Part shown: positions 1 through 8,326 of the stretch, one piece after another
Numbering within the stretch: the stretch's first letter is position 1
Layout of the letters: every line of letters starts with the position of its first letter
Assembly (NCBI GenBank): GCA_044344255.1
Contig: JBIJDH010000014.1
Span: 64,001 to 128,000, forward strand
DNA length: 64,000 nucleotides
Direction: 5' to 3'
Source: Myxococcota bacterium
GTDB lineage: Bacteria > Myxococcota_A > UBA796 > UBA2385
Translations under genes and position numbers: made by a program
Notes under the pieces: generated by a model
The model's database searches: none
What the model saw: only the letters and a program-made list of their open reading frames with translations
Told to the model about the DNA's origin: nothing

Positions 1-421
1 CGACCTCATGCTCGTGCTCGTGCTCGGCGGGATCACCCTCTTCATCGGGATCTGGTGGCAGCGGGGCTTCCTGCTCACCACCTTTGACGCCGACGGATCC
101 CGCGTCCAGGGCCTGCCGGTGCGCCTCCTCGAGCTCACCCTGCTCGTGCTGATCACGATGTCGGTGTCGGTCTGCACCCGGGCGCTCGGGGCGCTGCCCG
201 TCTTCGCCTTCTCGGTGCTCCCAGCGATGGCGGCGATGATCCTCGTGCCCAACCTGAGGTGGGCCTTCCCGCTCGCCACGCTCTTCGGGGCCGCAGCGGG
301 AGGGCTCGGCTATCTCGCCGCGTTCTTCCTTTCCTTCCCCGTTGGAGCATCGCAGACGGCCGCCGCCACTGCGCTCGTGCTGCTGGCGATCCCGGTGCGC
401 TTGATCTGGCGCGCCGCCTGA
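1..421 (+). CDS. Metal (Zn/Mn) ABC transporter permease, ZnuB/MntB family, probably 5'-truncated by the window edge
   Basis: Hydrophobic helices with TFD..G..V..L, ALGALPV, LPAMAA and FPVGAS motifs typical of ABC-3 permeases. Confidence 0.8.
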   Translation, partial: DLMLVLVLGGITLFIGIWWQRGFLLTTFDADGSRVQGLPVRLLELTLLVLITMSVSVCTRALGALPVFAFSVLPAMAAMILVPNLRWAFPLATLFGAAAGGLGYLAAFFLSFPVGASQTAAATALVLLAIPVRLIWRAA

Positions 422-439
422 GCCGCGACCGCTCCGCGC

Positions 440-1780
440 TCAGAGGCCGAGGTTGCGGTCGATCGCCTGCAAGGCGTTGCGGAGGTCTGCGTCGCGCACC
501 ATCTCCGACTTCACCTTCTTGCAGGCGTGCTGGACGGTGGCGTGGTCTCGCTCGAAGACGCGGCCGATCTCGGGGAAGGAGAGGCCGGTGTGCTCGCGCA
601 CCATCCACATCGCGACGTGGCGCGGCCGGACGAGCTGCTTCAGCCGTCGCGTGCCCATCAGGTCCCCCACCTTGATGTTGTAGAAGTTCGCCACCGTGAG
701 GATGATGTCGTCGGCCGAAGGGGCCTTCGGCGCGTCGGCGAGCACGCTGCCGAGGTGCTGACGCGCGAACTCGAGGGTGGGCGGCGCCCGGTGCAGCCGA
801 CAGAGGGCGGAGAGGCGGTTCAGCACCCCCTCGACCTCGCGGATGCTCCCACGGACCCGCGCCGCGATGTACTGCCCGAGCTCCGGCGGGAGATCGAGCC
901 CGAGGTCATGGGCCTTCTGGTGGAGGATGGCGACGAGGGTCTCCAGATCAGGGGGCTGCATGTCGGCCAGCATCCCGCTCTCACAGCGAGTGCGGAGGCG
1001 AGGCTCGAAGCCCTTGATCTCCCTCGGCAGGACGTCGGCGGTGAACACGATCTGCTGGCCGCGCTCCTTGAGCCACTCGAAGGTGTGGAAGAGCTCCTCC
1101 TGGGTGCGGTCCTTGCCGGTCAGGAACTGCACGTCGTCCATCAGGAGAACCGTTAGGGTCTTCCTATATTTATCCCGGAACTCCGACATCTGACGGAAGC
1201 GCAGGGCCTCGATGAGCTCGTTCGTGAACTGCTCCGCGGTGCAGTACAGCAGGCGCGCGGTGGGATCTGCCGATCGGATCTGGTTGCCGATCGCGTGCAT
1301 GAGGTGGGTCTTGCCGAGGCCCGTGCTCCCGTAGATGAAGAGCGGGTTGTACTGGGCCTCCCCGGGAGTGTCGGCCACGGCGAGCGAGGCGGCGTGGGCG
1401 AACTGGTTGCAAGCGCCCACCACGAAGTTGTCGAAGGTCTTCTCGGTGGAGACGCCGGGGATGGGCCGGCTCGGCGCCACCGCGACGGGCTCCTCCGGGG
1501 CCTCCTCCTCCTGCGCCTCCGCGGGCGCCTCGAGGGCGGCCGCCCGATCGATGTCGAAGCGGATCGTGAGCGGCCGGCCGAGGAGCCCTTCGAGCTCATC
1601 TCGCAGGGCACCCTCGTAGTTGGCCTGCACCCAATCACGGTAGTAGCGGTTCGGCACCAGCAGCTCGACCACGTCCGTCACCGGGCGAGCCAGCCGGATC
1701 GGCCGGATCCAGATCTCGTAGTTCTGCGTGCCCAGCTTCTCTCGAAGAGACGACTGGACCTGATCCCAGATCTGGTTCAT
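440..1780 (-). CDS. dnaA: Chromosomal replication initiator DnaA
   Basis: TFDNFVVGACNQFAH, YNPLFIYGSTGLGKTHLMHAIGN (Walker A), DDVQF, QEELFHTF; domain IV SFPEIGRVFERDHATV. Confidence 0.98.
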   Translation of the reverse strand: MNQIWDQVQSSLREKLGTQNYEIWIRPIRLARPVTDVVELLVPNRYYRDWVQANYEGALRDELEGLLGRPLTIRFDIDRAAALEAPAEAQEEEAPEEPVAVAPSRPIPGVSTEKTFDNFVVGACNQFAHAASLAVADTPGEAQYNPLFIYGSTGLGKTHLMHAIGNQIRSADPTARLLYCTAEQFTNELIEALRFRQMSEFRDKYRKTLTVLLMDDVQFLTGKDRTQEELFHTFEWLKERGQQIVFTADVLPREIKGFEPRLRTRCESGMLADMQPPDLETLVAILHQKAHDLGLDLPPELGQYIAARVRGSIREVEGVLNRLSALCRLHRAPPTLEFARQHLGSVLADAPKAPSADDIILTVANFYNIKVGDLMGTRRLKQLVRPRHVAMWMVREHTGLSFPEIGRVFERDHATVQHACKKVKSEMVRDADLRNALQAIDRNLGL

Positions 1781-2113
1781 GGGCTGCGCTCCCTGGCGCC
1801 GGTCAGCGCGTCACGGACGCCCCACCGAAGGCAGGCACAGGGGAGAATGGGCGAAATTGGGAGGGTCACCAAGATCCACCGCGGACCGCTGACCGTAACC
1901 ACGGCCCCGCTGGAGGCACAAGGCCGGCGCGAGGGGCCCGGCGCCGCTCCGCCGTGCCTGGATCTCGCTTCCAGGTGCATTCTCCGAGAGCGCCGCTTGA
2001 ATGTCAAACTTCGCCCACCTTGAACGATCGGCCCTCCATCGGGATCCCGGTCGATCTGCGCGACGCCACCCCGAAGGGAGCGCGGCTCCTCGCGCTCGCC
2101 GAGCCATCTCCTC

Positions 2114-2142
2114 TTGACCGCGCCCCCTCGCTCAAATAGGCC
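2114..2142 (+). promoter_or_regulatory. Candidate sigma70-type promoter for the rpmH operon
   Basis: TTGACC-17 bp-TAGGCC upstream of rpmH. Confidence 0.3.
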
Positions 2143-2324
2143 CCCGGGCTGTCGAAGCAGGCCCGGGGCAAACACCCGCTCCTTGCGACCCAGACATCCA
2201 GGCACTCAGGCGGCGCCCCGGCTTCAACCGGGGTCAAGCCTTCCCCCTCGCGGGTCCCCGGTCCGGCTCTCCATCTGGAGCTCGGCGGGAGGCCGGCCAG
2301 ATTGAAGAGAATTCGGAGGTTGTG

Positions 2325-2480
2325 GTGAAGCGGACGTACCAGCCGAGCAACATCAAGCGCAAGCGCACCCATGGATTTCGGGCACGGATGAAGTCCCCGG
2401 GCGGCCGCAAGGTCCTCTCCCGTCGTCGGGCCAAGGGCCGCAAGCGGCTCGTCGCGACCATCCCGACCAAGGCGAATTGA
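2325..2480 (+). CDS. rpmH: 50S ribosomal protein L34 (not in the ORF track; 51 aa)
   Basis: GTG start after GGAGG; translates [42 protein letters not shown]. Confidence 0.97.
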   Translation: MKRTYQPSNIKRKRTHGFRARMKSPGGRKVLSRRRAKGRKRLVATIPTKAN

Positions 2481-2887
2481 TCCTCGCTGGCTTCGGCCTC
2501 CCCCGGCAGAGCCGGCTTCGAAAGCGGCCGGACTACCTGCGGGTCCAGGATGGCGGGCGGCACATTCGCCAGCCGCACCTGCTCCTGCTGTTCCTGCCGG
2601 GTCGGGCCGATGCGAGCCGCGTTGGCCTGACCGTCAGCAAGAAAGTGGGCAACGCCGTGATGCGCAACCGCGTGAAACGCTGGCTCCGGGAGGCCGTCCG
2701 CCACGAGCGAACCGGGCTCCGCGGCTGCTGGGACGTCGTGGTCATCGCACATCCGAGCGCCCTTCATGCGGGCTACACGGCCCTGCGCGAGCAGATCTCC
2801 AGCGCCTTCTCCCGCGTCGGTGGCTCCGCCCGCCCAAGCAGCGGGCCGCGCGCCTCGTCGGTCCGGCCGGCAGGGGCTCGCCCATGA
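2477..2887 (+). CDS. rnpA: Ribonuclease P protein component
   Basis: [33 protein letters not shown] (RNR motif); synteny after rpmH. Confidence 0.95.
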   Translation: MILAGFGLPRQSRLRKRPDYLRVQDGGRHIRQPHLLLLFLPGRADASRVGLTVSKKVGNAVMRNRVKRWLREAVRHERTGLRGCWDVVVIAHPSALHAGYTALREQISSAFSRVGGSARPSSGPRASSVRPAGARP

Positions 2888-2897
2888 GCTCCCGCCG

Positions 2898-3149
2898 ATG
2901 AAGCCGAGCGACCCCTTCCTCTGGACGATCCGGGGCTATCAGCGCCTGATCTCCAGACACATGCCCCCGGTGTGCCGGTTCTACCCCTCCTGCAGCCAAT
3001 ATGCGGTCGGGGCCATCCGGGTCCACGGGGTCTGGCGGGGCTCGGTCTTGGCCGCCTGGCGAATTCTCCGTTGTAATCCATTCAGTCCCGGTGGAGACGA
3101 CCCCGTCCCCCCGCGGGCCGCAGAGCTGGGAGCCGGTCGTGGAGAGTAA
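2898..3149 (+). CDS. yidD: Membrane protein insertion efficiency factor YidD
   Basis: [19 protein letters not shown]...[16 protein letters not shown]; start revised to ATG 2898. Confidence 0.93.
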   Translation: MKPSDPFLWTIRGYQRLISRHMPPVCRFYPSCSQYAVGAIRVHGVWRGSVLAAWRILRCNPFSPGGDDPVPPRAAELGAGRGE

Positions 3150-4827
3150 CAACCAGGACCGCCGAATGATCTACGCCGTCGCGTTGATGGCGGCGGTCTA
3201 CTTCGTCTGGTCGAGCTGGTTCGCCCCCAAGCCGACGAAGTCGGCGGCGAAGGCAGCCGCCACCGCATCGGCCCCGGCCGAGGCCACCGCCACAGCGGAG
3301 GCTGGCAGCGCTCCCACCGTCGCCTCGGTGGGCAACGCCCCCTCGGACGTGGTCGTGCCCAACGAGGGCAAGACCTGGACCGGCGACGGCTGGACGAGCG
3401 AGCTGCACGCCCGTAACGGCTCCCTCCGCTCGCTCACCCTCAACGACTACACCGACGCCGCCACCGTCACCCCCTGGTGGGACTGGCTCGTGGCCCGCGT
3501 CATGGGACGCACACAAGAGGGCTGGAGCCCGAACTCGGGCGGCGGAGACCCGCACCGCCTCCTCACCGAAGAGGGCGCCCTCACCCTCGCGGGCGGCGGA
3601 GCGCTCGACGATGACGGCGCGGGCGTCCAGGACGGCGCGCCCGCCTACCTCATCACCGCCGACGGCGACGCGCTCGTCGCGACCCGCACCCGCGCCGACG
3701 GCCTGCGCATCCAGAAGCGCTACGCGCCGGGCCCCCACCCCTTCACGGTCGATGTCACCGTCAGCTTCCAGAACAACGGTACAGCGCCCATCAACGGCCT
3801 CTGGGTCGGCATGGCGGACCGCCTCGGCGGCGCCGACGGCCGCTTCTCGAACGCCGTGCGCCCGGTGGCCTACGCCGACGAGACGGTCGAACACACGCTC
3901 AGCCTCGAAGACACCCTCGGCGACAAGAAGGTCGATCACGAGGGCCCGGTCACTTGGTTCGGGCTCAGCGACCGCTTCTTCATGGCGGTGCTCGCCCCCG
4001 ACGAGCCCGTGGCCAGCGTCGTGGTCAATGACCTGCCCGGAGGCCGGATCGGCACCTTCTGGGTGGATCCCACCGTCTTGCCGCCCGGTCAGAGCCGAAG
4101 CCAGCACTTCACGAGCTTCGTCGGGCCGAAGAACCTCGACCTCATGAAGCCGGTGGGCCACGACCTCGAGTCCTCGGTGGAGCTCGGCTGGTTCGCCTTC
4201 TTCGCGCGCCCGCTGCTGTTCCTGCTCAAGATCTTCCACATGGGCGTCGGCAACTGGGGGGTCTCGATCATCCTCCTGACCCTGCTCATCAAGCTGGTCT
4301 TCTTCCCGGTGACCCAGAAGAGCTTCGCCTCGAGCGCGAAGATGCAGGCCCTCCAGCCCGCCCTCACCGAGCTCCGCGAGAAGTTCAAGGACAGCCCCGA
4401 GCTCCAGGGCCAGGAGACGCTCAAGCTCTACCAGAAGCACGGCGTGAACCCGGTCGGCGGCTGCCTGCCCCAGCTCCTCACCATCCCCGTCTGGATCGCG
4501 CTCTACAACGTGCTGCTGCACAGCGTCGAGCTCTACGACAGCCGCTTCGCCTACATCAAGGACCTCACGGCCCCCGACCCCTTCGGCGTGCTGCCCACGG
4601 TCTACGCGGGCTTGATGTTCGTCCAGCAGCGCTCGATGCCGATGACCGGCATGGACGAGTCCCAGCAGAAGATGATGCGAATGATGCCCTTGATCTTCGC
4701 CTTCTTCATGTACACCTTCCCGAGCGGGCTGGTTCTCTACTCCTCCATCAACATGCTGCTGACCATCGCTCAGCAGAAGCTCATCACGCGGACCAACCCA
4801 GGCCCCGGGCTCCCGAGCCCCGTCTGA
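3139..4827 (+). CDS. yidC: Membrane protein insertase YidC
   Basis: N-terminal TM, periplasmic domain, [36 protein letters not shown]; start revised to GTG 3139. Confidence 0.95.
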   Translation: MESNNQDRRMIYAVALMAAVYFVWSSWFAPKPTKSAAKAAATASAPAEATATAEAGSAPTVASVGNAPSDVVVPNEGKTWTGDGWTSELHARNGSLRSLTLNDYTDAATVTPWWDWLVARVMGRTQEGWSPNSGGGDPHRLLTEEGALTLAGGGALDDDGAGVQDGAPAYLITADGDALVATRTRADGLRIQKRYAPGPHPFTVDVTVSFQNNGTAPINGLWVGMADRLGGADGRFSNAVRPVAYADETVEHTLSLEDTLGDKKVDHEGPVTWFGLSDRFFMAVLAPDEPVASVVVNDLPGGRIGTFWVDPTVLPPGQSRSQHFTSFVGPKNLDLMKPVGHDLESSVELGWFAFFARPLLFLLKIFHMGVGNWGVSIILLTLLIKLVFFPVTQKSFASSAKMQALQPALTELREKFKDSPELQGQETLKLYQKHGVNPVGGCLPQLLTIPVWIALYNVLLHSVELYDSRFAYIKDLTAPDPFGVLPTVYAGLMFVQQRSMPMTGMDESQQKMMRMMPLIFAFFMYTFPSGLVLYSSINMLLTIAQQKLITRTNPGPGLPSPV

Positions 4828-4839
4828 CCGGAGAGGAAG

Positions 4840-5910
4840 ATGAACGACATGAGGCAGACCACCGCAGAGGGTCACACAGTTGCGGACGCCCTGAAGAAGG
4901 CCGCCGCCGACCTCGGTGTGGACATCTCTCTCGTCCAGCACAAGCTGGACATGAGCCACTTCAAGACCGCCGACGGCCGCTCCCGCGCCGTGGACACCGT
5001 GAAGATCATCGCCTGGGCCAAGGACCCCAGCAGCGCTCAGGGGGCCATCGCCGCCCGGGACTGGCTGAAGGGCCTCCTTCACCACATGGGCGTCGAGGGC
5101 ACCATCGCCTTCCGGGTCAACGGCGACAAGGCCGCAGAGCTGCGCATCGACAGCCCCCGCGCCCGTCACCTCGTCGGTCGACGCGGCAGCACGCTCTACG
5201 CGATCACCTGGCTCATGGAGGCCTCCCTCGCCCCGGCCCACCCCGGCTGGACTTGGCGCCTCTCCGTCGAGGGCGGTGACGACCGCGACGAGCGGCCCCG
5301 CCACGACGACGACCGCCCCCGCCGGGACGACGACCGCCCCCGCCGGGACGACGACCGCCCCCGACGGGACGACGACCGCCCCCGCCGGGACGACGACCGC
5401 CCCCGCCACCAGGAAGACCGCCCTCGCCGGGACGACGATCGGCCCCGCCACGAGGATGACCGCCCCCGCCACCAGGACGACCGCCCGCGTCAGGACGACG
5501 ACCGCCCGCGTCAGGACGACGACCGCCCGCGTCAGGACGACGGTCGCCGCGACGATCGGCCGCGCCGCGAGGACGACCGCGGCCCCCGCCGTGACGACCG
5601 CGGCCCCCGCCGCGACGACCGCGGCCCCCGCCGCGACGACCGCGGCCCTCGGGACAGCTCCGGCCCCCGCAGCGATCGGGACGTCGAGCGGCTGAAGGAG
5701 CTCGCCCGCAAGCTGGCCGCCACCGCGATCGAGTCGGGTGACCCGCAGATCATCCGAAAGCCCCTAAACTCCTTCGAGCGCCGCGTGGTTCACGTGGAGA
5801 TCGCGGAGATCCAGGGTGTCGTCTCGGAGAGCCAGGGTGACGGCGCCCTCAAGACCATCCTCATCCGCCCCCGCCGGGACGGGGAGGGTGAGGGCGGCGA
5901 CGAAGGGTGA
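4840..5910 (+). CDS. jag: Jag/EloR (KhpB) RNA-binding protein with long Arg/Asp repeat insertion
   Basis: Jag_N (EGHTVADALKKA), KH-like LVGRRGSTL, R3H (LNSFERRVVH..SESQG); position between yidC and mnmE. Confidence 0.85.
   Translation: MNDMRQTTAEGHTVADALKKAAADLGVDISLVQHKLDMSHFKTADGRSRAVDTVKIIAWAKDPSSAQGAIAARDWLKGLLHHMGVEGTIAFRVNGDKAAELRIDSPRARHLVGRRGSTLYAITWLMEASLAPAHPGWTWRLSVEGGDDRDERPRHDDDRPRRDDDRPRRDDDRPRRDDDRPRRDDDRPRHQEDRPRRDDDRPRHEDDRPRHQDDRPRQDDDRPRQDDDRPRQDDGRRDDRPRREDDRGPRRDDRGPRRDDRGPRRDDRGPRDSSGPRSDRDVERLKELARKLAATAIESGDPQIIRKPLNSFERRVVHVEIAEIQGVVSESQGDGALKTILIRPRRDGEGEGGDEG
5281..5650 (+). repeat. Intragenic 21-bp tandem repeats (RRDDDRP / RRDDRGP units)
   Basis: Repeated cgccgggacgacgaccgcccc-type units, then cgccgcgacgaccgcggcccc-type units. 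Confidence 0.9.
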
Positions 5911-7328
5911 GTCGACCGGGCGGCGACGCCGGGGGCCCCCTCCCGGCGGTCGCTGCGGGCCGCTCCAGCCGTCCCACCGACGGGCTCACCGTGGTCGCCC
6001 CGGCCACCGCGGTCGGGCGAGCCGCCGTGGCCATGGTGCGCCTGTCTGGGCCGGAGGCCGGGCCCATCGCCCGGGCCCTCTGTCCGGGGGGCCCGCCGTG
6101 GCGAAGCCGTCGGGCGGCCCTGCGCGCCTTATACGACGGTGACTCGCTCATCGACGAGGGCCTCGTGCTGTGGATGCCGGGCCCGGCGACCTACACCGGT
6201 GAGGACACCGTCGAGCTGTCCATCCACGGCAACCCGCTGCTGGTCGAACGCGTGGTCGACCGCTGCGTCGCCCTCGGCGCCCGGCCGGCGCGCCCCGGTG
6301 AGCTCACCCGCCGCGCCGTCGAGCATGGCCGGATGGACCTCCTGCGCGCCGAGGCGGTCGGCAGCCTGATCGAGGCCCGCACGGAGGCTGGCCTGGCGAT
6401 CGCACGCGCCGGCCTCTCCGGCGGTCTCGGCCGGCTGTCCCTCGCCCTCCGCGAACGCCTGCTCGACCTCTGCGCCGAGCTCGAGGCCCGCTTCGACGCT
6501 CCGGGTGAAGACCTCGACCTCCTCCCCGACGCGGTCGTCGCCGAGCGCCTCGCCGCCCTCGCCGCCGAGGCCCAGGCCCTGGCGGGCACCTGGCGGGCCG
6601 GGCGACGGCTGCTCCAAGGGGCGCGTGTCGCCCTGATCGGACCGGTGAACGCCGGTAAGTCGAGCCTGTTCAACCACCTGCTGGGCGAGCGCCGGGCCCT
6701 CGTGAGCCCGATGCCCGGCACCACCCGCGACGTGGTCGAGGCTCGCCTCCTGCTCGACGGCCTGGAGATCACCCTCCAGGACACCGCGGGTGAGCGCGAG
6801 ATCGGCCTCGACGACACGGTGTTCGCCGCGGAGCTCGGCCTGGAGGCTGAGGGCATCGAGCTCGGCCGCGCACTCACCCTCGGGGCCGATCTCACGCTCG
6901 TTGTCCTGCCCCTCCACCGGCCGGTCGACCTGGAGGCGCTCCTCGCCCGAACGGCCCACCAGCCGCGCATCCTCGTCGGCACGCACCAGGACTGCGCCCT
7001 CCCCTCCCCTCCGCCGGTCGAGGTCGCCCTCTCCAACCGGAGCGGCGAGGGCATCGACACGCTCCGCGGCGCCATCTCGCGCGCCCTCCGCGAGGGAGCC
7101 GCCCCCGCCGGCGTCGCCCTCCTCCACAGTCAGCGCCAGCACGACCTCCTCCTCGGGATCGCCGACCACACGAGCGCCGCGCGGGGGGCCCTCCTCGGCC
7201 ACCTGGGGCCGGTCGTCGCCGCGATGGAGCTCAGCCGAGCCCTCGACCGCCTCGCCGAGCTCGACGGTCACGATGTCCGCGAGGCCGTGCTCGACCGGGT
7301 CTTCGCCCGCTTCTGCATCGGCAAGTAA
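5907..7328 (+). CDS. mnmE: tRNA modification GTPase MnmE
   Basis: GEDTVELSIHG, GPVNAGKSSLFN, PGTTRD, DTAG, C-terminal FCIGK. Confidence 0.95.
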   Translation: MSRPGGDAGGPLPAVAAGRSSRPTDGLTVVAPATAVGRAAVAMVRLSGPEAGPIARALCPGGPPWRSRRAALRALYDGDSLIDEGLVLWMPGPATYTGEDTVELSIHGNPLLVERVVDRCVALGARPARPGELTRRAVEHGRMDLLRAEAVGSLIEARTEAGLAIARAGLSGGLGRLSLALRERLLDLCAELEARFDAPGEDLDLLPDAVVAERLAALAAEAQALAGTWRAGRRLLQGARVALIGPVNAGKSSLFNHLLGERRALVSPMPGTTRDVVEARLLLDGLEITLQDTAGEREIGLDDTVFAAELGLEAEGIELGRALTLGADLTLVVLPLHRPVDLEALLARTAHQPRILVGTHQDCALPSPPPVEVALSNRSGEGIDTLRGAISRALREGAAPAGVALLHSQRQHDLLLGIADHTSAARGALLGHLGPVVAAMELSRALDRLAELDGHDVREAVLDRVFARFCIGK

Positions 7329-7363
7329 GATCGAGAAGTAGGATCGGCGAGCTGGCCCGTCGG

Positions 7364-8326
7364 TCAGGAGGCGGGGGGCTCTGTGAGCGGCGACAGGAGC
7401 CCACCGCGGGTGAAACCATCCCAGAACAGCCAGTCGCCGGGCCACCGCCGGAGGACCTCGTTGAGGAAGGCCGCGGTGTGATCCGCCCCCGCCGCGAGGG
7501 CCGCCCGACGGTCCGCAGGGAGCGGGAGCGGCGGCCCGATCTTCGCGGTGTAGAGCGCCTCCTCGAAGGGGGGGCTGCGGTGACAGCAGAGGGTGAGCAG
7601 CGCGGCGCCGGTGCGCGAGGCCATCCAGGCGGGCCCGACCGGCAGGGGCATCGGCTGCCCCAGCACCTCGCGGACGAGCCTGCGGCCGAGCTCCTCCCCG
7701 CCGCCGGTGCCATCGCAGGCGGTCATCACCACCGCCCCCTCTTGGAGCGCCCGCAGCGCCGGCCGGAGGTAGCCTCGCCCATCGTGGAGGGTGACCGGCA
7801 TCCGTCGCTCGAGGCTGGAGCGCAGCGCCGCCGAGCGCCGCCCCTCCTCGGAGAGGTCGACCAAGGTGATCCGCCCGCCCCCGATCTGGTGCATCGGCCA
7901 GCCGAGCCGCCCGAGCACGTGGAGGGGGAGCTGGGCCGGGCCCATGTGGGGGTGCATGAGGACGACGCCGCGCCCCCGGGCTCGCGCCTCCTCGAGGTGC
8001 CGCAGGCCCTCGAAGCGGAGGTAGCGGGGCCAGGTGTCGACGTCACACTTCTCGAAGGAGAAGCTCGCGTACTGATTGGCGAAGTGCGAGCAGAAGGCGG
8101 CGTCGGCGATACGGCCGAGCTCCGCCTCTCCGCGCTCGGGGAGCGCGAGGCGGAGGTTGCCGAGCAAGAGCTCCCGCTTCCCGACCATCGCCCGACCCGC
8201 GGCGCCCCCCATCCAGCGGAGCAGGCGGGCCTCGTAGGGCGCCGGCATCCCCTCGAGGAGCTCGCGCCCGGGCCCCCAGACGAGCCGCCGGTAGAGGTCC
8301 TTGGCGCGCCCTTCCCCGACGATCAC
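7364..8326 (-). CDS. Lysophospholipid/lipid A acyltransferase family protein (LpxL/HtrB-like)
   Basis: EGLRHLEEARARGRGVVLM.H.G, ALQEG.VV...D, P.GPA.MA.RTGA, C-terminal P..WLFW. Confidence 0.75.
   Translation of the reverse strand: MIVGEGRAKDLYRRLVWGPGRELLEGMPAPYEARLLRWMGGAAGRAMVGKRELLLGNLRLALPERGEAELGRIADAAFCSHFANQYASFSFEKCDVDTWPRYLRFEGLRHLEEARARGRGVVLMHPHMGPAQLPLHVLGRLGWPMHQIGGGRITLVDLSEEGRRSAALRSSLERRMPVTLHDGRGYLRPALRALQEGAVVMTACDGTGGGEELGRRLVREVLGQPMPLPVGPAWMASRTGAALLTLCCHRSPPFEEALYTAKIGPPLPLPADRRAALAAGADHTAAFLNEVLRRWPGDWLFWDGFTRGGLLSPLTEPPAS

Noticed and set aside
1155..1182. dif-like site in dnaA
   Set aside because: No XerD arm (TTATGTTAAA-like), and dif is not expected inside dnaA
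3082..5472. 796-aa minus-strand ORF (also 12119-14122, 45037-49140, 50020-52317, 61030-63000 and similar)
   Set aside because: Antisense shadows of well-supported genes, expected at very high GC; no motifs
5281..5650. Tandem repeats as a CRISPR array
   Set aside because: In-frame coding repeats without unique spacers
5786..5801. parS-like sequence tggttcacgtggagat
   Set aside because: About 4 mismatches to the parS palindrome, and explained by R3H codons VVHVE
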